Positions 43,408-56,234 of a stretch of DNA of 64,000 nucleotides are shown here, in pieces. The DNA lies in the NCBI RefSeq assembly GCF_009914755.1, contig NC_060942.1; one strand, 5' to 3'. Source of the DNA: the human T2T-CHM13v2.0 reference genome, Homo sapiens. Position 1 is the first letter of the stretch, and each line of letters starts with the position of its first letter. The position numbers and the translations under genes are program-made. Below the pieces are notes generated by a model, which made no database searches, was not told where the DNA came from, and worked only from the letters and a program-made list of their open reading frames with translations.

Positions 43408-44290
43408 ATGTATCAGTTTTCTCTTGCTGTTAATAAACTACCCTAAATAAAGCTTAGTGGCTTAAAACAATAGCATGTGATTCTGGAGGTTGACAATTTG
43501 GGCTGAGCTCAGCTGGGCAGTTTTGATCTCATCTTTTTCACGTGTCTTTTGCAACCCTGGGGTGACTATGTGGGTCTTCTGGGAGTTGACGGCTGTTGGT
43601 TGAAATACCTGGACTTTCCTCCACATGGTCCCTCATCCTCTAGAAGGCTAACATGCACTTATTCCCATAGTAGTAGCAGAATTTTAAGAGAAAGTGGGTT
43701 TGCATGTGGTGGCTCACACCTGTAATCCCAGCACATTGGACAGCTGAGGCAGGTAGATTGCTTGAGCCCAGGAGTTTGAAACCAGCCTGGGCAACATGGT
43801 GAAATCTTGTCTCTACAAAAATTACAAGAATTAACTGGTCATGGTGTCACGGGCCTGTAGTCCCAGCTAGTCAGGAGGCTGAGGCAGGAGGCTTGAGCCT
43901 GGGAGGCAGAGTTTGCAGTAAGCCAAGATCACGTCACTGCACTCCATCCTGGGCAATACAGCAAGACCCTGTCTCAAAAAAAGAAAGAAAGAAGAAAGAA
44001 AAAGAAAGAAAGAAGAAGGAAAAAGAAAGAAAGAAAGAAGAAAAAAGAAAGAAGAAAAAGAAAGAAAGAAAGAAAAAAAGAAAGAAAAAAGAGAAAGAAA
44101 GAGAACACATACAAGGAATGTATTCTAAGGATTGGTTTTGATCTCATCTTCTGTTCCTTCCACTGCATGCTACTATAGTTTCCAAAAAACGGTAAGACCA
44201 GCCTTTTTGATGAGAGGAGCTGCAGTCACATTTCAAAGGGCATAGATACAAAAAAGGGAGGGGCGTGGCCATTTTTCAATCAATCTACTG
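43408..44290 (-). mobile_element. MLT1 LTR split by an Alu
   Basis: tgtatcagttttc...cttagtggcttaaaacaa...gggctgagctcagctgggcag, resuming after 44105 with tgatgagaggagctgcagtcacatttcaaagggc. Confidence 0.7.
43697..44104 (+). mobile_element. AluJ with expanded (GAAA)n tail
   Basis: Dimer to ~43976, then a purine-only tail of about 130 nt. Confidence 0.93.
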
Positions 44291-45393
44291 TCATGAACAG
44301 TATTGGGAAGCTGAGGGAAGATGGTCTTGATTTGTTGTTGAAAAAATGTGTGGAGAAATAGGAAGAAATAAAAAGAGGATACAGGCAGGGAGAAAGAAGG
44401 GCATCAAAGAGCAATGGCTGGTTAAAATGTGATACAAACAGCAATAGGGAACCCCGGAAGACCCTTAAGCAAGGCAGAAATGTAGACGAAGCAGAGGGCA
44501 TGTATAAACATCCGCAGAGTTATAGGAGACTTCTGGCTGAGGGCCCGGCAAGATAAGTAGAGCGTTTGTATCTCTGAGTTTCTGAGTTAATGATGCCAGC
44601 AGTCTCTGGACCGGCCAAATTGTGGTGGATTTATTATTTACATTACAACTGCATTGTAAAATGAAAGCATATGTCTATATTTTCAATGCTTTGAAAATAT
44701 CATTGAACATGCTGTAGAATTTTATATCCAGTATCAGGATGCAATTTCCCTATCAAATAAAATTGTTGTTTGCTTTCTGTACTCTATATTATTATGGAAA
44801 TTTCACAGTTTATCAGCTACAGTGAAGTCGACTGAAATGAGTAGGCCACATATTATACAAGCTGTTTTCTCCCACCCCTCCGAATATCCTGATTCCCTTT
44901 CTATTTATGCTAATACTGTTTTATGCTAATAATGTACTTTTTCTGTTTATCTGTTTTGTTGCCATACAGCCTGATTCATAGGAGAAACGCAAATGTTTTA
45001 AAGCTCTCTGGTGGAAATGATAGTGTTCTGAAATAACTCTAGCCAGGAAACATCTTGGTGGTACCCTCTAGTTTCACTTTTCTTCCTGCCTCTCTTGATG
45101 ATCCATTGCTGAACCCAACAAATAAGAAGTTGCTTAGGGCCTGGTTAATTTTGCTGATTTCTGCAAAGTATGCCTGTGTTTGTTCCTAGTGACCATAAGA
45201 GTAATAGTAACTTACTGTGCAACTGGATAATATTGGGGGAGACCCCCTTTTCCAAAAGCAATTGACCCCCTCCCCCTTTTTAAAATTGCAGTGTGAAACC
45301 AGCAAGTACCCAAATCCTGTTAGCACATAGTGTTCTTATATTTCTGAGTTCTGGAATAACAATTTAATAGGGTGTGTCTCCCCTTAATGGTTG

Positions 45394-45889
45394 TGATGCA
45401 GGGCAGGCAAGCGCCCAAATTTAAGGGCTTATCCTGGAGAATTCTTGGCTTTGTCCAGGAAAGAATTCAATGGCAAGCTGGCGGTGTTAAACAGCAATCT
45501 TTTATTGAACAGTAGTGCTCCTTGTGGAACAGGGCTAACTCCTAGGCAGCAGGCCTACAACCTGCAATGTAGGGGCTGTTGGCAACTGTATTTCTACCCA
45601 CTTTCAATTACATGCAAATTAGGGGGTGGGTCAATGCAATTTGAGGGGATGGGTTATTTAGAACTTTCTGGGAAAGGGGCAGTAATTTTCAGGTCATTGC
45701 CATGGAAAGGGGTGGTAACTTTCAGGTCGTTGCCATGGCATTTGTAAACCATCATAGCACTGGTGGGAGAGTCTTATGCTAACAGGCAATGAGGGCAGCT
45801 AGCTTTCCTCACCATCTGCTGGGTCCTGCAGTTTTCTTCGCTTTATTCCCTTGGAACCTGGAAATGAGTCCCGCTGGTGTCCTACCTCA
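45394..45889 (-). mobile_element. ERV1-class (MER4/MER41-group-like) solo LTR
   Basis: TG...CA ends, 4-bp TSD gttg (45390-45393 and 45890-45893), ttcttggc...aggaaagaattca and gttgccatggcatttgtaaac segments, AATAAA on minus at 45506-45501. Confidence 0.85.
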
Positions 45890-46151
45890 GTTGCATGTTT
45901 TGAAAAATATACCGCATTAGAGCTTGGTAGCTCCTATTTTCTCTAAAAGTGGTCTTCAGGTCTTGTGTCCATTTTCTCATTTTAATTTGTTGCCCTGCAT
46001 TTGGCTGACTGTGGATTCTGAGCAGGAGGGAAGGATCAGCTGGCAAAGCAAGGAAAAGTATGGTGGAAGGGTCCTTCCCTGATTAGGGGTCTAGGGGATA
46101 GTTATTTAACCTGTAAGTGTGAGAGATTTTATAAAGAAAATATTCAGAAAA

Positions 46152-46184
46152 ATCGCTTCTCGGCCTTTTGGTTAAGATCAAGTG
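46152..46184 (+). pseudogene. 3'-truncated, tailless U2 snRNA retrocopy (U2 nt 1-33)
   Basis: atcgcttctcggccttttggttaagatcaagtg is 32/33 identical to the U2 5' end, with a perfect 18-bp TSD aagaaaatattcagaaaa (46134-46151 and 46185-46202). Confidence 0.95.
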
Positions 46185-46287
46185 AAGAAAATATTCAGAA
46201 AATATCCGCTTGTGTAAAATAATATTTAAAGAACAAATGAATGTTTCTGGTAGCATGTCTTCATTATAAAGCCAGGTCAGTTAATCC

Positions 46288-46470
46288 TTGTGGCTGAGAG
46301 CATGACCTTTGACGCTAGTTTCCACCTCTTCCTAGCTGCATGACTGTGGGCAAATATGTTAAACCTCAGTCAGTCTCGGCTTAATAATAACTCATAAGAA
46401 TGTGTCAAAAGTTAAATTAATAAGTGTATTTGGTGCACAGTGCTTGGCATACAGTAAGGGCTCAGCACTG
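46288..46470 (+). mobile_element. MIR
   Basis: tggctgagagcatg...cctagctgcatgactgtgggcaa...cacagtgcttggcatacagtaagggctca. Confidence 0.7.
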
Positions 46471-46727
46471 GCATCATCGTCATTATCACTGTTGTTGTCA
46501 TCATTGTCATTAACCAGCCTCCTCACATCTATTTTCTTATGCTGGTGTTCAAGGCCAAACTCTATCAATCATGTGATGTTGACTAGTAGGTGCTAGGTAC
46601 ATAGCCCTCAACAAGTTTATGAGAAATAAGGGAATGAGTGAGTGAATCTATCAATCATATTGTAATTACAGTGGTGCAGTGGTGTGTGTGCGTGTGTGTG
46701 TGTGTGTTTCTTTAAAAGGAGGATTCA

Positions 46728-46885
46728 TTAGCTGAGCGTGATGGTGAGCATCTATAGTCCCAGCTACTCAGGAGGCTGATGTGAGAGGATTGCTTGAACC
46801 CAGGAGTTCAAGCCACTGCACTACAGCCTGGGTGACAAAGCAAGATCCTGCCTCAAAAAGAATAAATAAATAAAATAAAATAAAA
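46728..46885 (+). mobile_element. Alu right monomer (FRAM or truncated AluJ)
   Basis: Perfect 15-bp TSD taaaaggaggattca at 46713-46727 and 46886-46900. Confidence 0.92.
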
Positions 46886-47338
46886 TAAAAGGAGGATTCA
46901 ACCCAAATAAACAGATAAGTGCTTTTGATGACCTATAAATGGTGGAATGACTAGTAACAAAAAACTTTCTCCAGGGATTTATTGATGTTTTTGAAAATCC
47001 TAAATGGAAAACCAATAGCAAGTACGTAGAAGAAGCATTGCCTCAAGGCACCCAGGCCCTCACTTGACTTATCTCTGTCTTATCTCCCAAGGCTGCCCCT
47101 GAGGCTCCCCCTTTGGAATTCTAGGGCTCAGAGGAGTCTGGGTGAACACAAATGCCCTAAAGAAATATTGCAATTAATGTCTTTGTAGCTTGACTGTTTT
47201 AATAATGCTTTAAAAATTGTTTGAAAAAAGGGCAATGTTCATAGCTAGAGACTGAATTTCAGGCAACAAATACATCACATTATTCCAGACATCTTGGCCA
47301 TCACAACTTCAGGATAATGTGCCCTGTTTTTCAGGAAA

Positions 47339-47662
47339 GGCTGGGCGTGGTGGCCCATGCCTGTAATCCCAGCACTTTGGGAGGCCGAGGTGGGAGGATT
47401 GCTTGAATCCAAGAGTTTGAGATCAGTCTGGACAATATAGTGAGACCCCGTCTCTAAACAAAAAAACAAATTTAAATTATCTGGGAATGGTGGCACATGC
47501 CTGTAGTCTCAGCTACTTGGGAGGCTGAGCAGGGGAGGATAGCTTGAGCCAGAGAGGTCAAGGCTGCAGTGATCATAGCTGCAGTGAGCTATGATCACAC
47601 CACTGAACTCCAGCCTGGGTGACAGAGCAAGATCCTGTCTCAAAACAACAACAACAACCACA
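47339..47662 (+). mobile_element. AluJ
   Basis: Full dimer with an internal gctgcagtga duplication and (CAA)n tail. Confidence 0.93.
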
Positions 47663-47889
47663 AAGTCCCCCTGCCCCCCGCCCCCAAAAAACACTGAGGA
47701 AAATTCTAAAATTATGAAGTACAGAAAGCGTCAAGATTGTTTTCAAATTTACTGAAGTCTCTGACTTTCCACACTCTGGTCTCTAATTAATCTCTTTCCC
47801 AAGACTTCCCAGGGTGTTATCTTCTTCTGAATTGGTGCATTCTCCTTAGAGCCCCTCCTTAAACAACCTCCTCTTGCTTTTAGGGACCT

Positions 47890-48156
47890 CTCTCCTTTCC
47901 CCGTTTAAATCCTATCCATCTTTCAAGTCCTAAGACAAATTCTATCTCTTCTAGGATATAGTTTTCTACAACTCTCTCCCTTATTTAGATCCACACAGTG
48001 TAGCATTTAATTGTTCTGTGTTAGCTTTGTCTTCCTAAGTAGGTCACGTTCTCCTTGAGGGCAAAGATTATGCTTTAGTTTCCCTTGTTTCTCACTTGGA
48101 GAGGCTGGGAGTGATATATACATAGTAGGTGCTGATTAAATATTTGTTGATTGATT
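47890..48156 (+). mobile_element. L2 3' fragment
   Basis: ctccttgagggcaaagatt...catagtaggtgctgattaaatatttgttgattga. Confidence 0.6.
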
Positions 48157-48512
48157 CCCTGCAAAGGAGTAGCTGCAAACTAAAGTTAAAGCACTAAACA
48201 AACCAAAGCAGTGATCTGAATCTCCCTTTGGGAAGATACTCTTACGGGAATGGAAAAAATTCTTCAAAGAGCCTTGTCAGTTAATGTTCTTCTTTGAATG
48301 CCCTTCTAATGAGATTTCAGGTGGGGGTGGTGCAGGGCTGCAGGAGCACTGTTCTCCTTTCCTGTATAGTTTGGGGTCAGCTACCAAGGACATCCCAGGA
48401 GAACAGGGACTCTGGGGTACAGAGGCATGAGGATAGGATATAAAACAAAAAGGAAGTGAAATGCTTGTACACTCATGTCTACACCCAAGAATGTGTAATG
48501 CAAGTCTCTTAC

Positions 48513-48548
48513 CCACAAACCAGAATGAAGAGAGGTTTGGTCCTGCAG
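48513..48548 (-). CDS. Putative 36-nt internal exon of the spliced ORF (SAGPNLSSFWFVG)
   Basis: (CT)n-rich tract...cttattttctAG|CTGCAG...TTTGTGG|GTAAGA, symmetric phase 1-1 and open. Confidence 0.5.
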
Positions 48549-49612
48549 CTAGAAAATAAGAGCAAGAGTGAGAGAGAGAGAGAGACAGAGAGAGAGACAG
48601 AGCCCTGAGGCTCTTTGGGGTTGATAATATTCTCTAAAGCTGGGGAGGGGAGAGCTGATAAAAAGTGCTTGTTCACACTTAGCAGCATGAAAGGTGACTG
48701 AGAATTAGCCTAAGCCTCTGTGCCTAGCCTCTTTATAATGTACTGAAAGTTTCATAGCTCTATGCAGGGCAGAGACTGGGCAGGGTACAATTCTTTACAA
48801 GACTAAATCTTCAGGGCTCTAAGGAAAGGGAAAAGAATGAATGAGAGGCACACTAGCAGGGTTGGGATAAATGGGTGCAGGAGGAGAAAAGCTGCTTCTT
48901 CCTCTTCTCTGGAGAGATCAAGGATGAGTGGATGGAGGGCTGTGTGAGCACATACACTTCAGAACCTGATGATGGGTAGTGGCTGAGGCCACTCATACAA
49001 ACATGAAAACCACTGCTGAGTTGATGCACATTCATTTCTGATAGCTCAGCAATCTTACTATAAATAGGGAACAGCAGATGCCATTCGTTGTTCTGGAATT
49101 GGAGGCACGGGCTCATTGTCTTGCTTGGGATATTTGGACCGGCATCATTTATTAATCTAAATATTCAGTAAAAGTGGAAAGTCAAGGATTCTCAGGTTAT
49201 GGAAATTAGTGATCCCCTCCAACAGAAATAGACGTCAACACTACTCTTACAGATGCTGATGAAAAAGTAAAATGATTTGGTGGCCCATTGGCCAATTTAC
49301 CTATTCATCTCTCTACCATCTATGAGTCTATATTTTTGATGCATTTCAAAGTAAATTGCAGACATCAACACACTTAACCCTAAATACTTCATAATGCACA
49401 TATATAACTAAAGTTCAATATATGTTTACAGTTTTTTTCTTATGATATAAGATTAGCAAGGTTGCTTATATACAATGTAAATTGCTTATCTATAAGATGG
49501 AATGGTCCCTAATGTGGATGTTATCATCCTTAAGTGGAATTTTAATTTCCACTCTAGGTCCAAAATATTTCCTTTGTAAAATAATTCCTTTGAAGTGATA
49601 ATGGAACATATG

Positions 49613-49614
<2 letters not shown>

Positions 49615-49652
<38 letters not shown>
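49615..49652. repeat. (CA)n microsatellite
   Basis: Directly visible. Confidence 0.95.
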
Positions 49653-49654
<2 letters not shown>

Positions 49655-49689
49655 CATCTCTCCTCTTGGATCTTTGAACATACACATAC

Positions 49690-49874
49690 ACTCTCTTCGT
49701 CTCTCCTCTTGGATCTTTGAACTTTGCTTCTGCTTAAAATCTCTCAGGATGGTTTCTGTAACTCTTTTTGGGGAGCGTTTGTTCCCTCTGGGTATGAGGC
49801 TCATCCACAGGTTCTTAAATATTGTAAAACCACCCATGTCCCACAGGTATAGCTGGGAAGACTGTTGGGTGATT
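49690..49874 (-). CDS. Putative exon carrying the ORF start (ATG 49837; MGGFTIFKNLW...QEERRRE)
   Basis: Branch point CTAAC (49910-49906), long pyrimidine tract, ttAG|AATC acceptor, donor AGT|GTATGT after 49690. The frame is open across the whole 185-nt exon. Confidence 0.5.
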
Positions 49875-50267
49875 CTAAGAAAGGAAAAGCAGGCGAGGAG
49901 AAGAGGTTAGGATATTTTTTACGGGAAAAAGCCATAACCAATGTCTAGATGGTTGAATATGCAATAAGCTGCCTGCTATTGCCCTTGGTTCTCAGCGGAT
50001 ATTCATAGCACAGAATATTCCAGGAAAAGTAGTAGTTTGGTTTCACCCTTGCTCTGCTTGGCAGTCCAGCAGTGCATGGGTAGGGGAGGCCTCCCCAGCA
50101 GAAGACACTTTCAGATGTGACCTTTCCTCACTACTTACATTGAGAAGGAAGAGGGCAGAGCAGAGTAGGCTGGAGATCTAAGAGCACAGTGCTCGGAGGA
50201 GAGATGGTGGGAGAGAGAACGCAGCCCCAGTCACTCTCCTTTATGACTTCCGGAGTCTGCTAGTGCC

Positions 50268-51193
<926 letters not shown>

Positions 51194-52858
51194 GCCTAAG
51201 GAAGAGCTTACGAATTCCAAAACCATGGCAGGAATGGCGATCCTTAGAGAAGATGGATTCATTTCAGGGACATGTTAACTGTAAAAAGATCAACTCTTCC
51301 TCTCTGAACCAACAGCCTGTGTCTACTCCCAAGTGCAAGTGTCCTGAGAGAGGTATGGCTGCATGCCTGCCAGGGAGTTTCCTTCCTTTACTTCATAGCA
51401 CTGTTTGTTCACAACATTTTCTTCCTTATTGACTTGAACACAAGGACACCACCTACCTCATGTCTTCCTTCTTCCCGTGGATGTCCAGATGAAGCACTCC
51501 ACACTCCTTTGAGAGAGATAAACAAGGAAGATGTGTGCTTAGTCCAGAGGTTTCATCAAGAAATGAAAGCAGAGACAATAAAGTTTTGGTCTTGGTTCTC
51601 CTGTTGGCTTCAGAATGAACATAATTAAGATGATTAACGATCAACTCAGGCCTGAAAAATGAGTAACTGTAGGTCATGTTGCCATGAAGTTACGAAGAAA
51701 AAGAACTCTTCAGAGGTGTATACATGTTCCTGGCCACTCTGCTTCTTAGGGTGGAGTTAGAGGACTCCCCGCCCTCCTTGCCTGCGAAGGAGGAGGCGTG
51801 GCCACACAGATAAAGCTGGTCTGAAAAGAGCATGGCTTTATTTGTTCTGGGGCCAGGTGAGCTTGCAAATCCACAAACTCAGGATCTGGCTGACTTAACC
51901 ACCCAGCACAGGTGTCTCTGGAAAAAGTTGGCCACCACCCCTGGGTAGACCCTTTCACCATTTAGCAGAAAGGGAGGTGCTGAGTCACCATCACCAAATT
52001 ATTTTCCCTGAATTTCCCAATTAGATACTTTAGTCTTTCTTTACTGGCAAGGAGTGAGAATGTGCAGACAGGCAAAGCGTGTTAATGCTGGTGCAGCCCC
52101 CTCTGCTTAGAAGGAGGTTCAGGAATCAGGTACAAGTATTATTGCCAAGCACATGCCTTCATTTGTTGAAGGGTCACTGAGTGCCTATCTGTGGCACTGA
52201 CCGAGTTACGGCTTCTGAAAGAAACTGTCTTGAGCAGGGAGCTTCAACTGGGCACTGGAGGAGCTGGGAGGCAAAGGACCAGCCTGTTCATTGGCTAGAG
52301 AAATCCAAGGCTGATATCAGAGATCACATGATAAACACCAGGCAAGAGGGCTCAGAGATGGGCATCAAGGTCAGCCCTGGAGCCATGAGCTCTTTATATA
52401 TGTGAGGAACTAGAAAGGGGTGGTGTTCCAGACAGTTGTCTTGCTCCCTGGCTTCCACACTTGCAACCTACCTCTGGGAGCCAGCAGGGTGTTTTGTACA
52501 CAGATGAGTAAGGTTTGCTAACAGGACCAAGGATAGAGTGATCAGAGTTGTGTTTCACAAAGATAATTTGTTAGGTACCTACTACACGCTAGATTCAGGT
52601 ACTAATCCAATATTGTACCTGGGTCGCTAAGACTCCAACTTCCCAAGACCCCTCCCTTTCTGGGGGCAGAGTTAGGGCATTTGGTAATCTTCCTCAGCAT
52701 CCATGGTAGCTTGGCTGCTGCCCTTGCCTTTGGTCGCAGCTGTGGCCGACCCTAAGCTTCTTTGATATGGGTGTTCTGCTCTGTTCTTCCTGTACTTCTG
52801 TTTCTTGTGTGGTTGCCTTTCCTCATGGCCAGTCCTCTTTTAAGCACCACTATTCTAG

Positions 52859-53214
<356 letters not shown>

Positions 53215-53595
53215 TAATTGCAACTCTTGGGTGATCAAAGAGTCTTGCTTATTGTATTTGGTAGTGGTTTCTGCCGAGACACTTAGAACGGATTCTCTAG
53301 AGTCAGAGCAGCTGGGTCTGTAAAGGGCAGTTGTTGATGGCACAGCAACTTGCTGGTGGAACAGCAAGAATTCTTGAATTCTTCACTCACTCTGAACCAG
53401 GGTCTGAAGGTGGATCATGTGTAGAGTGATCACATAATTTGTGGTCCAAGCTGAGATAATTTTGAGAATGAATGGAAGTGCTATGAATAATGACACCAGT
53501 GCAACAGGGGTCCCTGAGATTGCCGTTCTGTTCTTCCTCACATGTGCCTGATCTTTTTAGGGGTAGTGTTCATTGATTAGCTGACAGTTTCTTCT

Positions 53596-53909
53596 TCCTT
53601 TTTCTTTTTTTGGTTTAAAGACAGAGTCTCACTCTGTCACCTAGGCTGGATTGCAGTGGCACAATCCTAGTTCACTGCAGCCTTGAATTCCTGGGCTCAA
53701 GCAATCCTCCCATCTCAGCCTCCTGAGTACTTGCAACTACAGGCAAGCCACCACTACACTCAGCTAACTTTTAAACATTTTTTATAGGGATGGGGTCCTG
53801 CTATGTTGCCCAGGGTGGTCTTCAACACTTGAGGACTGAATTCAAGCAATCCTCCCACCATGGCCTTTCAAAGTGCAAGGATTATAGGTGTGAGCCACAT
53901 CACTCAGCC
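53596..53909 (-). mobile_element. AluJ
   Basis: Diverged dimer with flanking ctgacagttt. Confidence 0.9.
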
Positions 53910-53994
53910 TGACAGTTTTTTTATTTTCTCCCAGGAAAACCTAGGAAGTTTTCATGTGAATCCCATGCCTGCTGAACTGCTCAGATAAAACAAA

Positions 53995-54232
53995 AATAGT
54001 AGCTAACATTTACATAGCACTTACCATATGTTAAACACTGTTCTATGTGTTTTGCATTTGTTAACTTATTCAATCTTCCCTATCCCATGAGATTGGTATT
54101 CTATTTTTGCTTCCATTTTACAGATGGAAAAATAGGAACACAGAGGTTAAATAGCTTGTCTAAGCAGCAGAGCCAGAATTTCAACCTAAGAGGCTCCAGA
54201 GCATGTGCATGTGAACACTGCACCATGTTGCC
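53995..54232 (-). mobile_element. MIR
   Basis: agctaacatttacatagcacttacc...ccattttacagatggaaaaataggaacacagaggttaa. Confidence 0.8.
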
Positions 54233-55549
54233 TCTGCCCTGCAGCCTTATAATTTAGTTCCAGCCAACATTTATTGAGGACCCGCTACATGCCTGGATGT
54301 GTGCTGGGTACTAGTGGTGCCAAGTCTAATGAACATGATGCCTGCTATGTTTCAGTTCCCCATCAGGGACAATGAATGAGGCCTGCTCTTGTACTGGGAA
54401 AATAATCTATAGGGTGTCCTGTGGGGAAGGCCAGGTATACCATCATGCAACATGCAGATTTATATTCAGCTCACAGTTTATCTTATTTGGATGGCCACTG
54501 CTGAATTACCTTAGTTCTCAGTTCTCAGACTTTGGTGTTATGAGTTGTCCTTTGAACCCATAATTAAAATCTTTCAATCAGAGGCAGTGCTCCCAAAGCA
54601 ATGTGCACTGTTTATGAAACTACCAAGGGAATGTTCTCAATAGGCAAGGAAGGTTAATGAGAGCACACTGGTGGCTTCGTTTGTGGCTGCCTCTTGGCAA
54701 CCCCATGCTGTTACCCCCATCTTGTTTTGTACACCAAACATCTTGTTTTGGGGACTTTGCAGAAAGAAGATGGGAGCAGACTCTCCAGGGACAACATTTT
54801 TTCAATTTATTTCCTTAAGAAGTATGATGTGTAGGATGGCGATGTGCAATTCTGACTACCTTAATATGGTTTCCTCTAAGAATTCATGATGTTGAAACAG
54901 AGGCATTTGAATAAAACAAGGGGAAGGTCTTCATCTTGGCGAGGTACGAGGGCTTTTTTTTTTTTTTTTTTTGGCATGAGCACACCCTTGAGAAACAGAG
55001 CGCTTATTGTTCAGCATATCAGGGCTCTGTGCCGGTCAAGGAAATGCTGATGAAGTACTTATGCTCGGTGGAGGGGTGAGGAGTGGGAGGTCCTCATGAG
55101 ATGGGTTTATTTAGCCTGCCCTTCCAGATAGCCTTCCAATCGTGTAAAGGCGGTGGTGTGTGTGTGCATGCCTGTGTGTTTAAAATTAGAAAAATCACAG
55201 AAATGTACAAGGAGCCCTCGTGCCCTGACTGTCCCCAGTTCATGGAATTGTTTGCCTGCTTTGGTTCACATCGTGCTGCACTATGTACAACGCACACGAA
55301 CATACCCTGTCTCGTCTGAATGAAAAACTTTGAAGGAAGTTAGGATGTTAAAACAGTGTGTTTCCAAATAGGGCATTTCTCAAGCACAGTTTTCCCTAAA
55401 TGAAGAAGTATGTAGTGTGTTGAAGCTAACCTGCTATCAAACCAAATTGATCATTGTTCATTGAGTGCCCACCCGATGAGGGTCCATGTATTGAGCACTC
55501 GGTAGGGGTGAGGGATTGGCTGGTGATTAAGTGGATCATACCACCTTAT

Positions 55550-55690
55550 ACTGACTTACAGAGGTGGGTGATCATGAGCCATTTTACAGATAGGGAGAGT
55601 GAGACACAGAGAAAGTAGACAGCTTTTTCTAAAGTAGTAGAACCAGGATCCAAGCCCAAGCTGTTCAGGCAGCAAAAACTTGCCATGGGA
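55550..55690 (-). mobile_element. MIR fragment
   Basis: ccattttacagatagggagagtgagacacagaga...gaaccaggatccaagcccaag. Confidence 0.6.
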
Positions 55691-55810
55691 CTACCATGTT
55701 TTTTCCTGTGCATGCTGAAGGGACCCTTAGAGGAAGTTCCCACAGATATGTTCACATTCAAATTAATGAACTTTACACCTGGGATTGGAAATTCCTAGAG
55801 AATAGGGTAA

Positions 55811-55818
55811 TGTGTGTG

Positions 55819-55864
<46 letters not shown>

Positions 55865-55881
55865 GTGAGAGAGAGACAGAG
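55811..55881. repeat. (TG)n(GA)n compound microsatellite
   Basis: Directly visible. Confidence 0.95.
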
Positions 55882-55936
55882 ATTTGCTAATACAGATTAA
55901 ACGTAGTCATAAATCTTAAAAGATTTATTCTCCACA

Positions 55937-56230
55937 CTTTATTTTATTTTATTTTTGAGGCAGGGTCTAACTCTGTTGCCCAGGCTGGAGTGAAGTGGTG
56001 TGATCATGGCTCATTGCAACCTCGACCACCCCAGGCTCAGGTGATCCTCCTTAGTAGCTGGGACTACAGATGGGCACCATCAAGCCCAGCTAATTATTTT
56101 TATTTGTTATTGTAGAGACAGGTTTTTGCCATGTTGCCTAGGCTGGTCTTAAACTCCTAGGCTCAAGCAATCCTCCTGCCTTGGCCTCCCAAAGTGTTAG
56201 GATTACAGGTGTGAGCCATCTCATCTAGCC
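55937..56230 (-). mobile_element. AluJ
   Basis: Dimer with a small deletion and flanking ctccaca(c)ttttatt. Confidence 0.92.
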
Positions 56231-56234
56231 CTCC

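Noticed and set aside
43893-44168. K/E/R-rich ORF
   Set aside because: Translation of an Alu (GAAA)n tail
49490-49689. C-terminal half of the 115-aa unspliced ORF (CMCMF...CVCVCV)
   Set aside because: Runs through a duplication and (TG)n; better explained as intron after the 49690 donor
55463-55500. Hairpin-like gagtgccca...tgagcactc
   Set aside because: Short imperfect stem resembling a MIR/L2 tail; not a credible miRNA precursor
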